DNA of 64,000 nucleotides, from contig AP038806.1 in NCBI GenBank assembly GCA_047150005.1, positions 2,912,001 to 2,976,000 on the forward strand. Direction: 5' to 3'. Under the pieces are notes generated by a model. The model saw only the letters and a program-made list of their open reading frames with translations. It ran no database searches and was not told the origin of the DNA. The translations under genes and the position numbers were made by a program. Positions 1-9,510 of the stretch are shown here, one piece after another. Source of the DNA: Nitrospira sp. (GTDB lineage Bacteria > Nitrospirota > Nitrospiria > Nitrospirales > Nitrospiraceae). Within the stretch, counting starts at the first letter, position 1. Each line of letters starts with the position of its first letter.

Positions 1-297
1 CACGTCGCGTCGATCGTGCAGCTGTCGTGGTTCAAACGCTTGTTCAAGGTGATTTTGCCTGGTGCCGCACCCACCATTGTCAACGGATTGCGTATTTCGT
101 TCGGAAGCGCGCTGGTTGCGGTCGTGCCGGCGGAGATGCTGCTCGGAGAACTGGGCGTCGGCTATTTGAGCTGGATCGAGTGGAACAACCTCGATATCGC
201 CGGCGTCATCTTCGCCATTCTCGTGGTCGGTGTGGTCGGCGTCGTTCTCGATTCCGGCTTCAACAAGCTGGCCGGGCTGGTCACCTATCAGGAGTAA
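1..297 (+). CDS. Cyanate/nitrate ABC transporter permease, C-terminal part (5' truncated by window)
   Basis: VILPGAAPTIVNGLRISFG...VPAEML...GVGY permease motif; directly upstream of the ATPase and cyanase. Confidence 0.85.
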   Translation, partial: HVASIVQLSWFKRLFKVILPGAAPTIVNGLRISFGSALVAVVPAEMLLGELGVGYLSWIEWNNLDIAGVIFAILVVGVVGVVLDSGFNKLAGLVTYQE

Positions 298-300
298 GCC

Positions 301-1170
301 ATGTCATTTCTGCAGGTCGACCATGTCAGTAAATTTTTCCCGGACCCGTCGGGCAACGGCGAAGTCTGCATCTTCAGAGACGCCACGATCAAGATCGACA
401 AGGGGGAATTCGTCACGGTCATCGGGCATTCCGGATGTGGAAAGAGCACTCTGTTGAACATCATCGCCGGGCTGGAAACTCCGTCGGAGGGAGGCATCAC
501 CCTCAACGGTCGGGAGACGAGCGGCCCCGGCCTAGACCGAATGGTGGTGTTCCAGAACTTCGCCCTCATGCCCTGGATGACGGTGTTTGAGAACATCGCC
601 CTGGCGGTTCGGTCCGCCTATCCGGATTGGAACCACGGGCAGGTGACGGCCCATGTCAACAAGTATATTGCCTTGGTCGGCCTCAAGGGGGCGGAGAGCA
701 AACGGCCTGTCGCATTATCGGGGGGCATGAAGCAGCGAGTCGGCCTTGCCCGGGCTTTTTCCATTGAACCGAAGGTATTGCTCCTCGACGAACCGTTTGC
801 GCAAATCGACGCTCTCACAAGAGGCGTCATACAAGAAGAGCTGATCCAGATGTGGAACACTTCGCGCAATACGGTGTTCATGGTGACCCATGACGTCGAT
901 GAGGCCATTCTGTTGTCCGACCGGATTCTCCTGATGACGAACGGGCCGGAGGCGCGAATCGCCGAAATGGTGCATGTATCAATCCCGCGGCCCCGGTCGC
1001 GGGAAACGATCATCGACCATCCCCACTATTACAAGATCAGAAACCATATCATCCACTTCTTGGTGCGCCATGCGAAGCACGGAGGTCACGACGGTGCGGG
1101 GGAGCAGCGTCCCGAGTCGGGAGATCCCGTGGTCGTGAACTTTGAAGGAGAAACGATGGCGGCCGGTTGA
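301..1170 (+). CDS. Cyanate/nitrate ABC transporter ATP-binding protein (NrtD/CynD-like)
   Basis: Walker A GHSGCGKS, LSGGMKQR signature, LLLDEPF, THDVDEA. Confidence 0.92.
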   Translation: MSFLQVDHVSKFFPDPSGNGEVCIFRDATIKIDKGEFVTVIGHSGCGKSTLLNIIAGLETPSEGGITLNGRETSGPGLDRMVVFQNFALMPWMTVFENIALAVRSAYPDWNHGQVTAHVNKYIALVGLKGAESKRPVALSGGMKQRVGLARAFSIEPKVLLLDEPFAQIDALTRGVIQEELIQMWNTSRNTVFMVTHDVDEAILLSDRILLMTNGPEARIAEMVHVSIPRPRSRETIIDHPHYYKIRNHIIHFLVRHAKHGGHDGAGEQRPESGDPVVVNFEGETMAAG

Positions 1171-1220
1171 AGCCTCGGAACCAGGAGAGGGGCATCACAT
1201 CGCTCAAGGAGGAGTGTCAC

Positions 1221-1661
1221 ATGGAAAAGGAATCCGTGCGCAAGGCGATTAAGGCCAAACGACTGGCCAAGAAACTCACGATTGCCGACATCGCGAACAC
1301 GATCGGTAGGAATCCCACGTTCGTCGCAGCCGTGCTGCAGGGCAATCACAAGCTGCCGGCCGATGAGGGAAAGAAGGTCGGAGAATTGTTGGGGCTCGAC
1401 GCAGATCTGACCGCTTCGTTGAGCAAGTTTCCCGTTCGTACGGATTATCCGAACGCGAGCGATCCGTTTAAGTATCGCTTGATGGAAATCATCGGCGTCT
1501 ACGGCGATTCGATGCGGGAGCAGGCCAACGAGATGTTCGGTGACGGCATCATGAGCGCCATCGATTTCACGCTCGATATGGAAAAAGTGACCGGCAGTCA
1601 GGGTGAAGCCCGTTGCAAGATCACGTTGAACGGCAAGTGGCTGGAGTATAAGACGTTCTAG
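1221..1661 (+). CDS. cynS: Cyanase (cyanate hydratase)
   Basis: DPFKYRLMEI...EMFGDGIMSAIDF...ITLNGKWLEY cyanase motifs; ATG at 1221 after AGGAG. Confidence 0.96.
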   Translation: MEKESVRKAIKAKRLAKKLTIADIANTIGRNPTFVAAVLQGNHKLPADEGKKVGELLGLDADLTASLSKFPVRTDYPNASDPFKYRLMEIIGVYGDSMREQANEMFGDGIMSAIDFTLDMEKVTGSQGEARCKITLNGKWLEYKTF

Positions 1662-1880
1662 TTCGAAGGACTGGAGTGCGGGAGTGCGAAGGATGTAGAT
1701 GGTGAGCAATCGATCAGTGAAGTCGCTCGGCCGTCTTGGACAGGAAGCCTGGCATGACGATGGAATTGTAGGGAGTTTCCGGCTGGTGCATTGTTGCGAT
1801 TCTTGCTAGAAGGAGTGACTACCGCGGAGAGCGAGATCTGTAACGGAGACCAAGTTTAAGTCACCCAAATTGCGTATGGT

Positions 1881-1978
1881 GGGACACAACGGCGTGTTCC
1901 CTTCAGCGCGAGGGTGAGTCGGTCGATGGACAAAGGCGTCCGTCATTTCATCCGGAATGACGGACGCCTTTTGTGTTT
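1881..1978 (+). promoter_or_regulatory. ANTAR-type dual-hairpin RNA leader with overlapping intrinsic terminator
   Basis: Hairpin 1 GGGACAC-AACGGC-GTGTTCCC (1881-1901); hairpin 2 GGAC-AAAGGC-GTCC (1928-1941); both have AnnGnn hexaloops; hairpin 2 overlaps the 5' arm of the stem AAAGGCGTCCGTCATT...AATGACGGACGCCTTT followed by TGTGTTT. Confidence 0.8.
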
Positions 1979-2020
1979 GGTGGACCCGGTGCACCGGTCA
2001 TCGAGGGAAGGGAGAGATCG

Positions 2021-3361
2021 ATGGGGGAACCAATCGATGCGGAATCACGAATGCCATGTGGAACAGCGCTTGGCGCAGCGTTCCTGCTTCTCATCGCGCC
2101 GGAATGGAGCGAAGCGCAAACCGTTTCGACGACGGCCACGACGATCAGCGGAGCGGATACGGCGTGGGTCCTGATCTCAGCCGCGCTGGTCCTGGCGATG
2201 ATCGTGCCGGGTCTGGCGTTGTTCTACGGCGGGTTGGTTCGCAGCAAGAACGTGCTGGGCACGATCATGCAAAGCTTCGCCATCCTGTGCGCGGTCAGCC
2301 TGTTGTGGGTCATCGTCGGATACAGTCTGGCGTTCGGCCCCGATGTGAAGGGCGTGATCGGCGGGTTCGACTGGCTCGGTCTGGCCGGGGTCGGACTGAC
2401 TCCCCACGCCGTCTACGGTCCCACGGTCCCGCATCAGGCGTTCATGGTCTTTCAACTGATGTTTGCGGCGATCACCCCGGCCCTGATCACCGGTGCGTTT
2501 GCCGAACGGATGAAGTTCAGCGCAGTCCTGCTCTTCTCCCTGTTCTGGTCCCTGGGCGTCTATTGTCCGATCGCCCATTGGTTGTGGGGCGGCGGTTGGT
2601 TGGCGCAGTTGGGCGCATTGGATTTCGCCGGCGGCGCGGTGGTGCACATCAGCTCGGGCGTCAGCGCGCTGGTCTGCGCCCTGGTGCTGGGAGCCCGCCA
2701 CGGGTACGGTACGGATTACATGGCGCCGCATAACCTGCCGCTGGTGCTGCTGGGGACCGGTTTCTTATGGTTCGGCTGGTTTGGATTCAATGCCGGGAGT
2801 GCCTTGGGGGCGAATGACACGGCCGTGGTGGCGTTCGTGGCGACCCACACGGCGGCCGTGACGGGGGCGCTGACCTGGACGGCGGTCGAATGGTGGCACC
2901 GCGGCACGCCGACCGTGCTTGGCCTCGCGAGCGGGGCGATTGCCGGCTTGGCGATGGTGACGCCGGGCGCGGGATACGTGAGCCCGTTGTCTGCCCTGCT
3001 GATGGGCCTGGCGGCCGGGAGCTTGTCCTACCTCGCGATCATGACGAAGGGACGGTGGGGCTATGACGACTCGCTGGACGTGGTGGGCATTCACGGCGTC
3101 TCCGGCGTGGTCGGCATACTCCTGACGGGCCTGTTGGCTTCCAAGGCCGTGAATCCGGCCGGGCCCGACGGGCTGGTAGTCGGCAACGCGGCGTTCTTTG
3201 CCGCTCAAACATTGACGGCGGCGGTCGTGGGGCTGTTCTCTGCGGCCGGCACGTGGGCCGTGCTGAAGGCGGTGGATCGAGTCGTCGGGCTGCGCGTCCA
3301 ACCGGACGAGGAACGCATGGGGTTGGATCTGAGTCAACACAACGAACGGGCCTATTCATGA
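2021..3361 (+). CDS. amtB: Ammonium transporter (AmtB family)
   Basis: PGLALFYGG, FQLMFAAIT, LDFAGGAVVH, WFGWFGFNAGS, DDSLDVVGIHG; start uncertain. Confidence 0.96.
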   Translation: MGEPIDAESRMPCGTALGAAFLLLIAPEWSEAQTVSTTATTISGADTAWVLISAALVLAMIVPGLALFYGGLVRSKNVLGTIMQSFAILCAVSLLWVIVGYSLAFGPDVKGVIGGFDWLGLAGVGLTPHAVYGPTVPHQAFMVFQLMFAAITPALITGAFAERMKFSAVLLFSLFWSLGVYCPIAHWLWGGGWLAQLGALDFAGGAVVHISSGVSALVCALVLGARHGYGTDYMAPHNLPLVLLGTGFLWFGWFGFNAGSALGANDTAVVAFVATHTAAVTGALTWTAVEWWHRGTPTVLGLASGAIAGLAMVTPGAGYVSPLSALLMGLAAGSLSYLAIMTKGRWGYDDSLDVVGIHGVSGVVGILLTGLLASKAVNPAGPDGLVVGNAAFFAAQTLTAAVVGLFSAAGTWAVLKAVDRVVGLRVQPDEERMGLDLSQHNERAYS

Positions 3362-3380
3362 GGCTGAGAAAGGAGGGGCC

Positions 3381-3611
3381 ATGACCGTCATGCACGAAGA
3401 AAGACTCGACGCGACCATCTGTGAAAAACGTCTCATGGACATACTGTGTGAGAAGGGTCCGCAGACGCTCGACCGTCTGTGCTCCCTTCCGGATCTGAGC
3501 TGGTCGCAGGTGCTCCTAGCCGTCGATCATCTGAGCCGGACCTGCGAGGTGAATCTGGAGTTGATGGCCACGCGCGAGTATCTGGTTTCGCTGGCGGAGC
3601 GGCCGCAGTGA
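3381..3611 (+). CDS. Small hypothetical protein (possible winged-helix fold)
   Basis: Strong RBS AAGGAGG; stop overlaps the next ATG (TGATG). Confidence 0.65.
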   Translation: MTVMHEERLDATICEKRLMDILCEKGPQTLDRLCSLPDLSWSQVLLAVDHLSRTCEVNLELMATREYLVSLAERPQ

Positions 3612-4777
3612 TGTCACAGGCCGTGCACACCTTGTGGCTGTTGATCTCGGCGACGCTGCTGATTCTGACCGTTACCGGCATCGCCCTGTTCTATGGGGGC
3701 ATGGTGCGGAAGAAGAACGTGATGAATACCATTGCCCTGCCGTTTGCCGCGCTCGCGCTCGCCTCGATCGAATGGGCGCTGGTGACGAACGTCACAGGGT
3801 TGGGACGGGAGATGGAAGCGCCGATTGGCCAGGCTGCGATCGGTCCGTTGTGGTCGTCCTACCACGGGATCATGGCGGCGATTGCCTTGGCGTTGGTCGC
3901 CGGCGGCATCGTCGAGCGGCTCCGCTTCTCCTTCTTTCTCCTCTTCGGACTCTGTTGGATCGGGGTGGTCTATGTGCCCTTGGCGCGCTGGATTTGGGGA
4001 AACGGCTGGTTGGCCGCGTTGGGCTGCCTCGATTTCGCCGGCGGGGCCGTCATTCACATCAGCGCGGGCGTCAGCGCGCTCGTCCTGGCCGTGGTGATCG
4101 GGCCGCGCAAGGGATACGGACGAGTCGACATCATGCCCAATCACTTGCCCCTTTCCCTCTGCGGCGCGGGGCTCATGTGGGTCGGCTGGTTCGGCTTCAC
4201 CGGCGCGTCGGTGTCGGCGTCGATGACCACGGTGACGGGGGCCTTCGTGGCCATTCATCTCTCGGCCGTCGCCGCGGCCCTCTCGTGGGCCTCGGCGGAG
4301 TGGCTCCAACGCGACAAGCCCACGGCCTTGGGGGCTGTCAGCGGGGCCGTGGCCGGATTGGTCGCGATCGCGCCGGCGGCCGCCTACGTCAGCCCGGCGT
4401 CCGCGTTGGTGATCGGCGTCGGGGCCGGGAGTCTCTGCTACATGGTCGTGAATTACGTGAAGCTCATTTTGGGTTATGACGACTCGCTGGACGTCTTCGG
4501 GATGCACGGCGTTGCGGGAACCTGGGGCATGATCGCGACCGGGCTGTTTGCCTCGACCGAGGTCAACGCCGCCGGAAGCGACGGGCTATTCTTCGGCTAC
4601 CCCTATCAATTCTTCGTCCAGGTCGTTGCAATCTGTGCCACCTGGACGCTGGCCGGCGGCGGGAGCTGGCTCTTGTTGAAGGGACTCATGCTGCTCGTTG
4701 CGCCCCGCGTGGACGACGAGGCGGAGACGATGGGATTGGACCTCCACCAACATGGAGAGAAAGGCTATACAGGGTAA
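3611..4777 (+). CDS. amt: Second, divergent ammonium transporter (Amt family)
   Basis: ALFYGGMVRKKN, LDFAGGAVIH, GYDDSLDVFGMHG, MGLDLHQHGE. Confidence 0.93.
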   Translation: MSQAVHTLWLLISATLLILTVTGIALFYGGMVRKKNVMNTIALPFAALALASIEWALVTNVTGLGREMEAPIGQAAIGPLWSSYHGIMAAIALALVAGGIVERLRFSFFLLFGLCWIGVVYVPLARWIWGNGWLAALGCLDFAGGAVIHISAGVSALVLAVVIGPRKGYGRVDIMPNHLPLSLCGAGLMWVGWFGFTGASVSASMTTVTGAFVAIHLSAVAAALSWASAEWLQRDKPTALGAVSGAVAGLVAIAPAAAYVSPASALVIGVGAGSLCYMVVNYVKLILGYDDSLDVFGMHGVAGTWGMIATGLFASTEVNAAGSDGLFFGYPYQFFVQVVAICATWTLAGGGSWLLLKGLMLLVAPRVDDEAETMGLDLHQHGEKGYTG

Positions 4778-4780
4778 GCG

Positions 4781-5227
4781 ATGGCGATCATTCACGACGA
4801 CGTCGGCCGCCGCCGGTTTCTCAGCCAGGCGGTGATGGGATTCGGGATCTTGTTCGGGATGGGCACGCTCGGTCTGCGGTTTCTCCAGTTTCTGTTGCCG
4901 AACGGAGCCCCGCGGCAACCGGAGACGGTGCTGATCGGGGCGGAGTCCCGCATCCCATTGGGCGAAGCGGTCCCCATGGACCTCGGCGGCCAGAAGATCC
5001 TGGTGCTTCGGACGGAAGACGGCGTCGCCGCCTTTTCCCGACGCTGCACCGATCTGGGCTGTCTCGTGTCCTGGAACCGCGAGCGGGGACAGTTCATCTG
5101 CCCGTGTCATCAAGGGACCTTCGACAAGACCGGACTCAACGTCAGCGGACCCCCGCCGCGTCCGCTTGATCGGCTCGACATCGTCAAGCGCGGCGACCAA
5201 CTGTACGTGAATGTGAAGAGCGTATGA
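4781..5227 (+). CDS. Rieske 2Fe-2S protein with Tat signal
   Basis: GRRRFL; CTDLGC and CPCH boxes; GPPPRPL. Confidence 0.9.
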   Translation: MAIIHDDVGRRRFLSQAVMGFGILFGMGTLGLRFLQFLLPNGAPRQPETVLIGAESRIPLGEAVPMDLGGQKILVLRTEDGVAAFSRRCTDLGCLVSWNRERGQFICPCHQGTFDKTGLNVSGPPPRPLDRLDIVKRGDQLYVNVKSV

Positions 5228-5236
5228 AATGAGAGC

Positions 5237-5326
5237 GTTGAGTACTGTGTGCTGAGTGCTGAGTTTGACGTTGAGGGGGCGCGGTCACCCCGCCACTCAG
5301 GACCCAGCACACAGCACTCAGCACTC
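5237..5326. repeat. Inverted arrays of 7-bp repeats (GCTGAGT / ACTCAGC)
   Basis: Four GCTGAGT-like units at 5237-5264 and four ACTCAGC-like units at 5295-5322 can form a long hairpin. Confidence 0.8.
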
Positions 5327-5344
5327 CAGAAAAGCAGGAGACAA

Positions 5345-6367
5345 ATGGAAACTGACGCATTGTCGAGTACAGGGGCAGCGAAGCAGAAATCGTTGGTGGA
5401 CTACATCCAGAAGGATCTGCCGGAACATCTGGAATGGTGGCCGTATACCTTGGGTGCGATTCCGCTGACGCTGTTCGGGATTCTGGTGACCACCGGACTG
5501 TTACTGACGTTCTACTATGTGCCGGCTTCCGACCAAGCATACGAGAGCGTCGATCAGATTACCCATGAGATCTATCTGGGTTGGTTCGTCCGAGGCCTCC
5601 ACAAGACGTCCGTGGACCTCATGATTCTGTTTTTGCTCTTCCACGTGATTCGAGTGTTCATGACCAGGGCCTATCAGGCCGGTGGAGAGCTGAAGTGGGT
5701 GAGCGGCTCGATCGTGTTGTTCGTCACCTTCGCGATGGGCTTCACCGGCTATTCACTGGTCTACGACAACGTGTCCTATTGGGGGATGACGGTCGTGACC
5801 AACATGGTCGGGACGCTGCCGATCATCGGCAGACCTCTGCTGCATCTGCTGCGCGGCGGCGAGGAAGTATCCGGGGTGACGCTTCTCCGGCTGTACGATC
5901 TGCATACCAAATTGCTGCCGGTGTTGCTCGGAGGACTGGCGCTCGGACACGTGGTGACGGTGCGACTGCTGGGCTTCACGACGGTGGCGGGAAGCCGGGA
6001 GTATCACCAGTTCTATCCCGAGCATACGATGAAGATGGGGGCCGTCGCCGTGGGGCTGTTCCTGTTCATGGTGGATCTGGTCATGATCTTTCCTCCGGTG
6101 CTCGGCCCGCCGGCTGATTTCCAGGAGGTGGCATCCGACGTCTCACCTCCCTGGTATTTTTCCGCTCCGTTCATGTGGATCACGTTGTTGCCTGGTCCCG
6201 TGGCGATCTGGAGCTTGATGGGATTCGCCGGTCTCTTTGTCGCGTATCCCTTCATCGACCGGGCGTTGACGGAGCGCGGATGGCCGATGGAACCGATCAA
6301 CGCCATTGTTGGCGCCATTGTCGTCGGCGCGGTGGCCGTCTTGATGTATCTGGATACACAAATGTAG
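5345..6367 (+). CDS. Cytochrome b/b6-family subunit
   Basis: TGLLLTFYYVP, GWFVRGLH, FTGYSL, RLYDLH, PPWYF. Confidence 0.92.
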   Translation: METDALSSTGAAKQKSLVDYIQKDLPEHLEWWPYTLGAIPLTLFGILVTTGLLLTFYYVPASDQAYESVDQITHEIYLGWFVRGLHKTSVDLMILFLLFHVIRVFMTRAYQAGGELKWVSGSIVLFVTFAMGFTGYSLVYDNVSYWGMTVVTNMVGTLPIIGRPLLHLLRGGEEVSGVTLLRLYDLHTKLLPVLLGGLALGHVVTVRLLGFTTVAGSREYHQFYPEHTMKMGAVAVGLFLFMVDLVMIFPPVLGPPADFQEVASDVSPPWYFSAPFMWITLLPGPVAIWSLMGFAGLFVAYPFIDRALTERGWPMEPINAIVGAIVVGAVAVLMYLDTQM

Positions 6368-6426
6368 CGGGAGTGGGGCAATGGGCGAGCGGCTAGAGGC
6401 CGCAGTTTCGTAGGGAGGAAGCAATA

Positions 6427-7848
6427 ATGGACGAACCCAATACAGAACGATCGGATCATGAGGAAGATGCTCGCTCGAGCAACGGCAAAAAGAATTTCAC
6501 CCGCTACATGATCGGCGGGCTCTGCCTGATTCTCTTCCTCGCCTTGACGGGAGTGGGATACGTCCAGGTCGAAGAACGGCGCGGCGGAGGCCTGCGGCCG
6601 TTCGTCTCGGCGGAGAACAAAAAATGCATCGACTGCCATATGGCCAAGGACGTAGGAGTCGGCGGGATCAACGATTGGAAAGTGAGTCGCCACGCTCCGA
6701 AAGGCATCGGCTGTGTCGAATGCCACCGTGCGGAGAAGGGAGATGCGGACGCCTACGACCATGAGGGATTTCTAGTGTCCACACTCGTCACGCCGAAAGA
6801 TTGCATGCGTTGTCATGACAAGGAAGCGCAACAGTTCGGCAAGTCTCATCATGCGAAGGCGGCGCAGTTCACCGGCTCCCTCGACAATTTCCTCGGCAAC
6901 GTCGTCGAGGGGCCGGAGGTCGTGACCACCGGATGCGCCGGTTGTCACGGGAGCGTGGTGAAGGTGATGGAAAAAGGAAAGCTCCATCCGGCGACCTGGC
7001 CGAATTCCGGGATAGGGCGGGTCAACCCGGACGGATCCAAAGGGACCTGCTCGGCCTGTCACGCGCGTCACAGTTTCTCCATAGAACAGGCGAGGCAACC
7101 GGAGAGCTGCGGGCGCTGCCACATGGGTCCTGACCATCCCCAGATCGAAGCATACTTGGAGAGCAAGCACGGGGTCATGTTCACGGCGAATAAAGAAAAA
7201 ATGAAGCTTGCCAATCCGTCGGAGAAGTGGCATCCGGGAAAAGACTATCTCTATCCGACCTGCGCGACGTGCCACATGAGCGCGACCGGAACTCAGGAAG
7301 TGACGCACGACGTCGGCGACCGCATCAGCTGGACTCTCCGGCCGGTCATCTCGACCAGGCTGGAGAATTACGAAGACAGGCGGAAGGCCATGAAGCAGGT
7401 CTGTTCATCCTGTCATAGCGAGCAGATTGTGGACCGGTTCTTCACGACGATGGATCAAGGGATCAATCTCTATAACGACAAGTTCGGCAAACCGGCCAAG
7501 GGAGCCATGGACAGGCTGTTGCAGTTGAAGAAGATCACGCCGACCCCCTATGACGAGAAGATCGAGTGGGTCTTCTACGAACTCTGGCACCACGAGGGGC
7601 GGCGAGCCAGGCACGGGCTCTCCAAGGTGGCGCCTGACTACGTGCACTGGCAGGGCTTCTATGAAGTCGCCAAGAGCTTCTACACCAAGTTTCTGCCGAT
7701 GGTGCGTGAGCTGTCGCCGGACGTGGCGGCGGAGATGCTGCGCAGCGACGGCCACAAATGGATCGAGAAGGGCATGACCAAGGAGGAGATTGCTCAGATG
7801 CTGGAGTTTTACGACAAGGAGATGCAGGGCAAGCGCGGTGGAGGGTGA
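6427..7848 (+). CDS. Octaheme cytochrome c, HAO family (putative assimilatory nitrite reductase)
   Basis: Eight CxxCH motifs (CIDCH, CVECH, CMRCH, CAGCH, CSACH, CGRCH, CATCH, CSSCH); CHMGPDHPQ; N-terminal membrane anchor. Confidence 0.9.
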   Translation: MDEPNTERSDHEEDARSSNGKKNFTRYMIGGLCLILFLALTGVGYVQVEERRGGGLRPFVSAENKKCIDCHMAKDVGVGGINDWKVSRHAPKGIGCVECHRAEKGDADAYDHEGFLVSTLVTPKDCMRCHDKEAQQFGKSHHAKAAQFTGSLDNFLGNVVEGPEVVTTGCAGCHGSVVKVMEKGKLHPATWPNSGIGRVNPDGSKGTCSACHARHSFSIEQARQPESCGRCHMGPDHPQIEAYLESKHGVMFTANKEKMKLANPSEKWHPGKDYLYPTCATCHMSATGTQEVTHDVGDRISWTLRPVISTRLENYEDRRKAMKQVCSSCHSEQIVDRFFTTMDQGINLYNDKFGKPAKGAMDRLLQLKKITPTPYDEKIEWVFYELWHHEGRRARHGLSKVAPDYVHWQGFYEVAKSFYTKFLPMVRELSPDVAAEMLRSDGHKWIEKGMTKEEIAQMLEFYDKEMQGKRGGG

Positions 7849-7872
7849 GGGGCCAAGGGCCGATTCGTAGAC

Positions 7873-9510
7873 ATGACGAACCCTTTGCAAGACGAGAGAT
7901 CGAATCCGAGCGGAGCCGATGGGGCACGGCAACACGATGAAGCCTACGAACGACGGATGGCGAAGCTCTATGCGGTCAGCAAGGCGTTGCAACACAAAGG
8001 CTGGTCGCTGCGCTTTCTTGCGCACATGGTCCTGGACGCAGCCGTGGACCTCTCCGACGCGGACTGTGGCGCCCTGGTGATGTTCGACCAGGACGGGCAT
8101 CCGCCTATCCTGTCCTGTTGGGTGAACATGGATGAGGAAGGACGTCGGGCGATCGAGACCGTGCTGATCGAACGAGGACTCCTCAGCAAGATGGATCAGG
8201 GATACCAGGTGCTCCGGCTGAATGATCTCGCGCTGCAGCCGGATCGCGCCGGCTCGTCTTCAGGCCGGCTGCCCGCAGGGCCCTTCTGTGGGACCGCGAT
8301 CCAGGCGCACGACAGGCTCTTCGGACGACTCTATCTTTGCAAGGAGCGAAAGACACATCGTGAGTTCACCGCACTGGATGCTCTGATCATCGGCACGTTG
8401 GCGGTGCATGCGGGGTTGGGAATCCACACGGCGTTCCTGGTTCATAATGGCACGACCGCTCGTTCGCGGCACATCGCCTTGTTGGAATCCACCAGTGAAG
8501 GTGTCTACGGAGTCGATCTCGACGGGCGGTGTGTGTTTATCAACAGGGCCGGCGCCGACCTGTTGGGATACCAGCCTGAGGAGCTGATCGGCCGGTCCAT
8601 GCACACCTTGATTCACCACACCCGTGTGGATGGTTCGCCCTACCCGGCTGAGGCCTGTTCTATCTATCGTGCCTATCGGACAGGACGGTCCTTTCGGGCG
8701 GACGACGAAGTCCTCTGGAGGCGGGATGGGAGTTGTTTCCCTGCCGACTTCTCCTCATCTCCTCTGTATCAGGGTGGTATGCTCACCGGCGCGGTCGTCA
8801 CCTTTCGAAACATCGCGGAGCGGAAGAATGCCGAGGCGATGCGCGCCTATTTGTTAGACCGTCTGATGCGCGCTCAGGAAGAGGAGCGGCGGCGGATTGC
8901 GCGTGAGCTGCACGATGAGACGGAACAGGCCCTCACGTCCGTGTTGGTGGGTCTCCGCGCGATGGAGGACGTCTCGACGGTGAAAGGCCTTCACCACCAG
9001 GCGGGCAAGCTCCGCCACGTCACGGCGCGAGCGCTGGAAGAACTGCAACGCCTCGTCCAGGGTCTCCGCCCGGCGTTGTTGGATGAGATGGGGTTGGCGG
9101 CGGCGTTACAACGCCTCTGCACCGATTTTGTACAAACCTATGGGATTCGGGTGGACTTCCATGTCGGTGAGCATGTGGCGGAGCTTTCCTTGCCGTTTCC
9201 AATCGAAATCGCGTTGTACCGGATTGTCCAAGAAGCCCTCACCAACATCGCCAAGCATGCCGGCGCGACGACCGTGAGCGTCCTGATCCAGCCGACTCCC
9301 TCGTCGGTCCGGTTGGTAGTGGAAGACGACGGCGTCGGGTTTGAGCCGGATGCCATCCGCCGGACCGCGGTGTCGCAAGGCCGTCTCGGACTGTACGGCA
9401 TGGAAGAGCGAGCCAAGATCGCCGGCGGTGTCTGTACGGTTGAATCCACCCGAGGGCGCGGGACGATGATCCATATGGAAATTCCTCTTTCACCCGTCGC
9501 TTCGCTATGA
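7873..9510 (+). CDS. GAF-PAS sensor histidine kinase (HisKA_3 / NarX-like)
   Basis: ERRRIARELHDE, QEALTNIAKHA, EDDGVGF, GLYGMEER. Confidence 0.92.
   Translation: MTNPLQDERSNPSGADGARQHDEAYERRMAKLYAVSKALQHKGWSLRFLAHMVLDAAVDLSDADCGALVMFDQDGHPPILSCWVNMDEEGRRAIETVLIERGLLSKMDQGYQVLRLNDLALQPDRAGSSSGRLPAGPFCGTAIQAHDRLFGRLYLCKERKTHREFTALDALIIGTLAVHAGLGIHTAFLVHNGTTARSRHIALLESTSEGVYGVDLDGRCVFINRAGADLLGYQPEELIGRSMHTLIHHTRVDGSPYPAEACSIYRAYRTGRSFRADDEVLWRRDGSCFPADFSSSPLYQGGMLTGAVVTFRNIAERKNAEAMRAYLLDRLMRAQEEERRRIARELHDETEQALTSVLVGLRAMEDVSTVKGLHHQAGKLRHVTARALEELQRLVQGLRPALLDEMGLAAALQRLCTDFVQTYGIRVDFHVGEHVAELSLPFPIEIALYRIVQEALTNIAKHAGATTVSVLIQPTPSSVRLVVEDDGVGFEPDAIRRTAVSQGRLGLYGMEERAKIAGGVCTVESTRGRGTMIHMEIPLSPVASL

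Noticed and set aside
1750..1807. Sigma54 promoter upstream of amt
   Set aside because: TGGCATG lacks the -12 GC, and TGGTGC...TTGC has a spacing one base too short.
6427..7848. Evidence for ammonia oxidation (comammox hao)
   Set aside because: No amo, haoB or cycAB genes nearby; the context is assimilatory.
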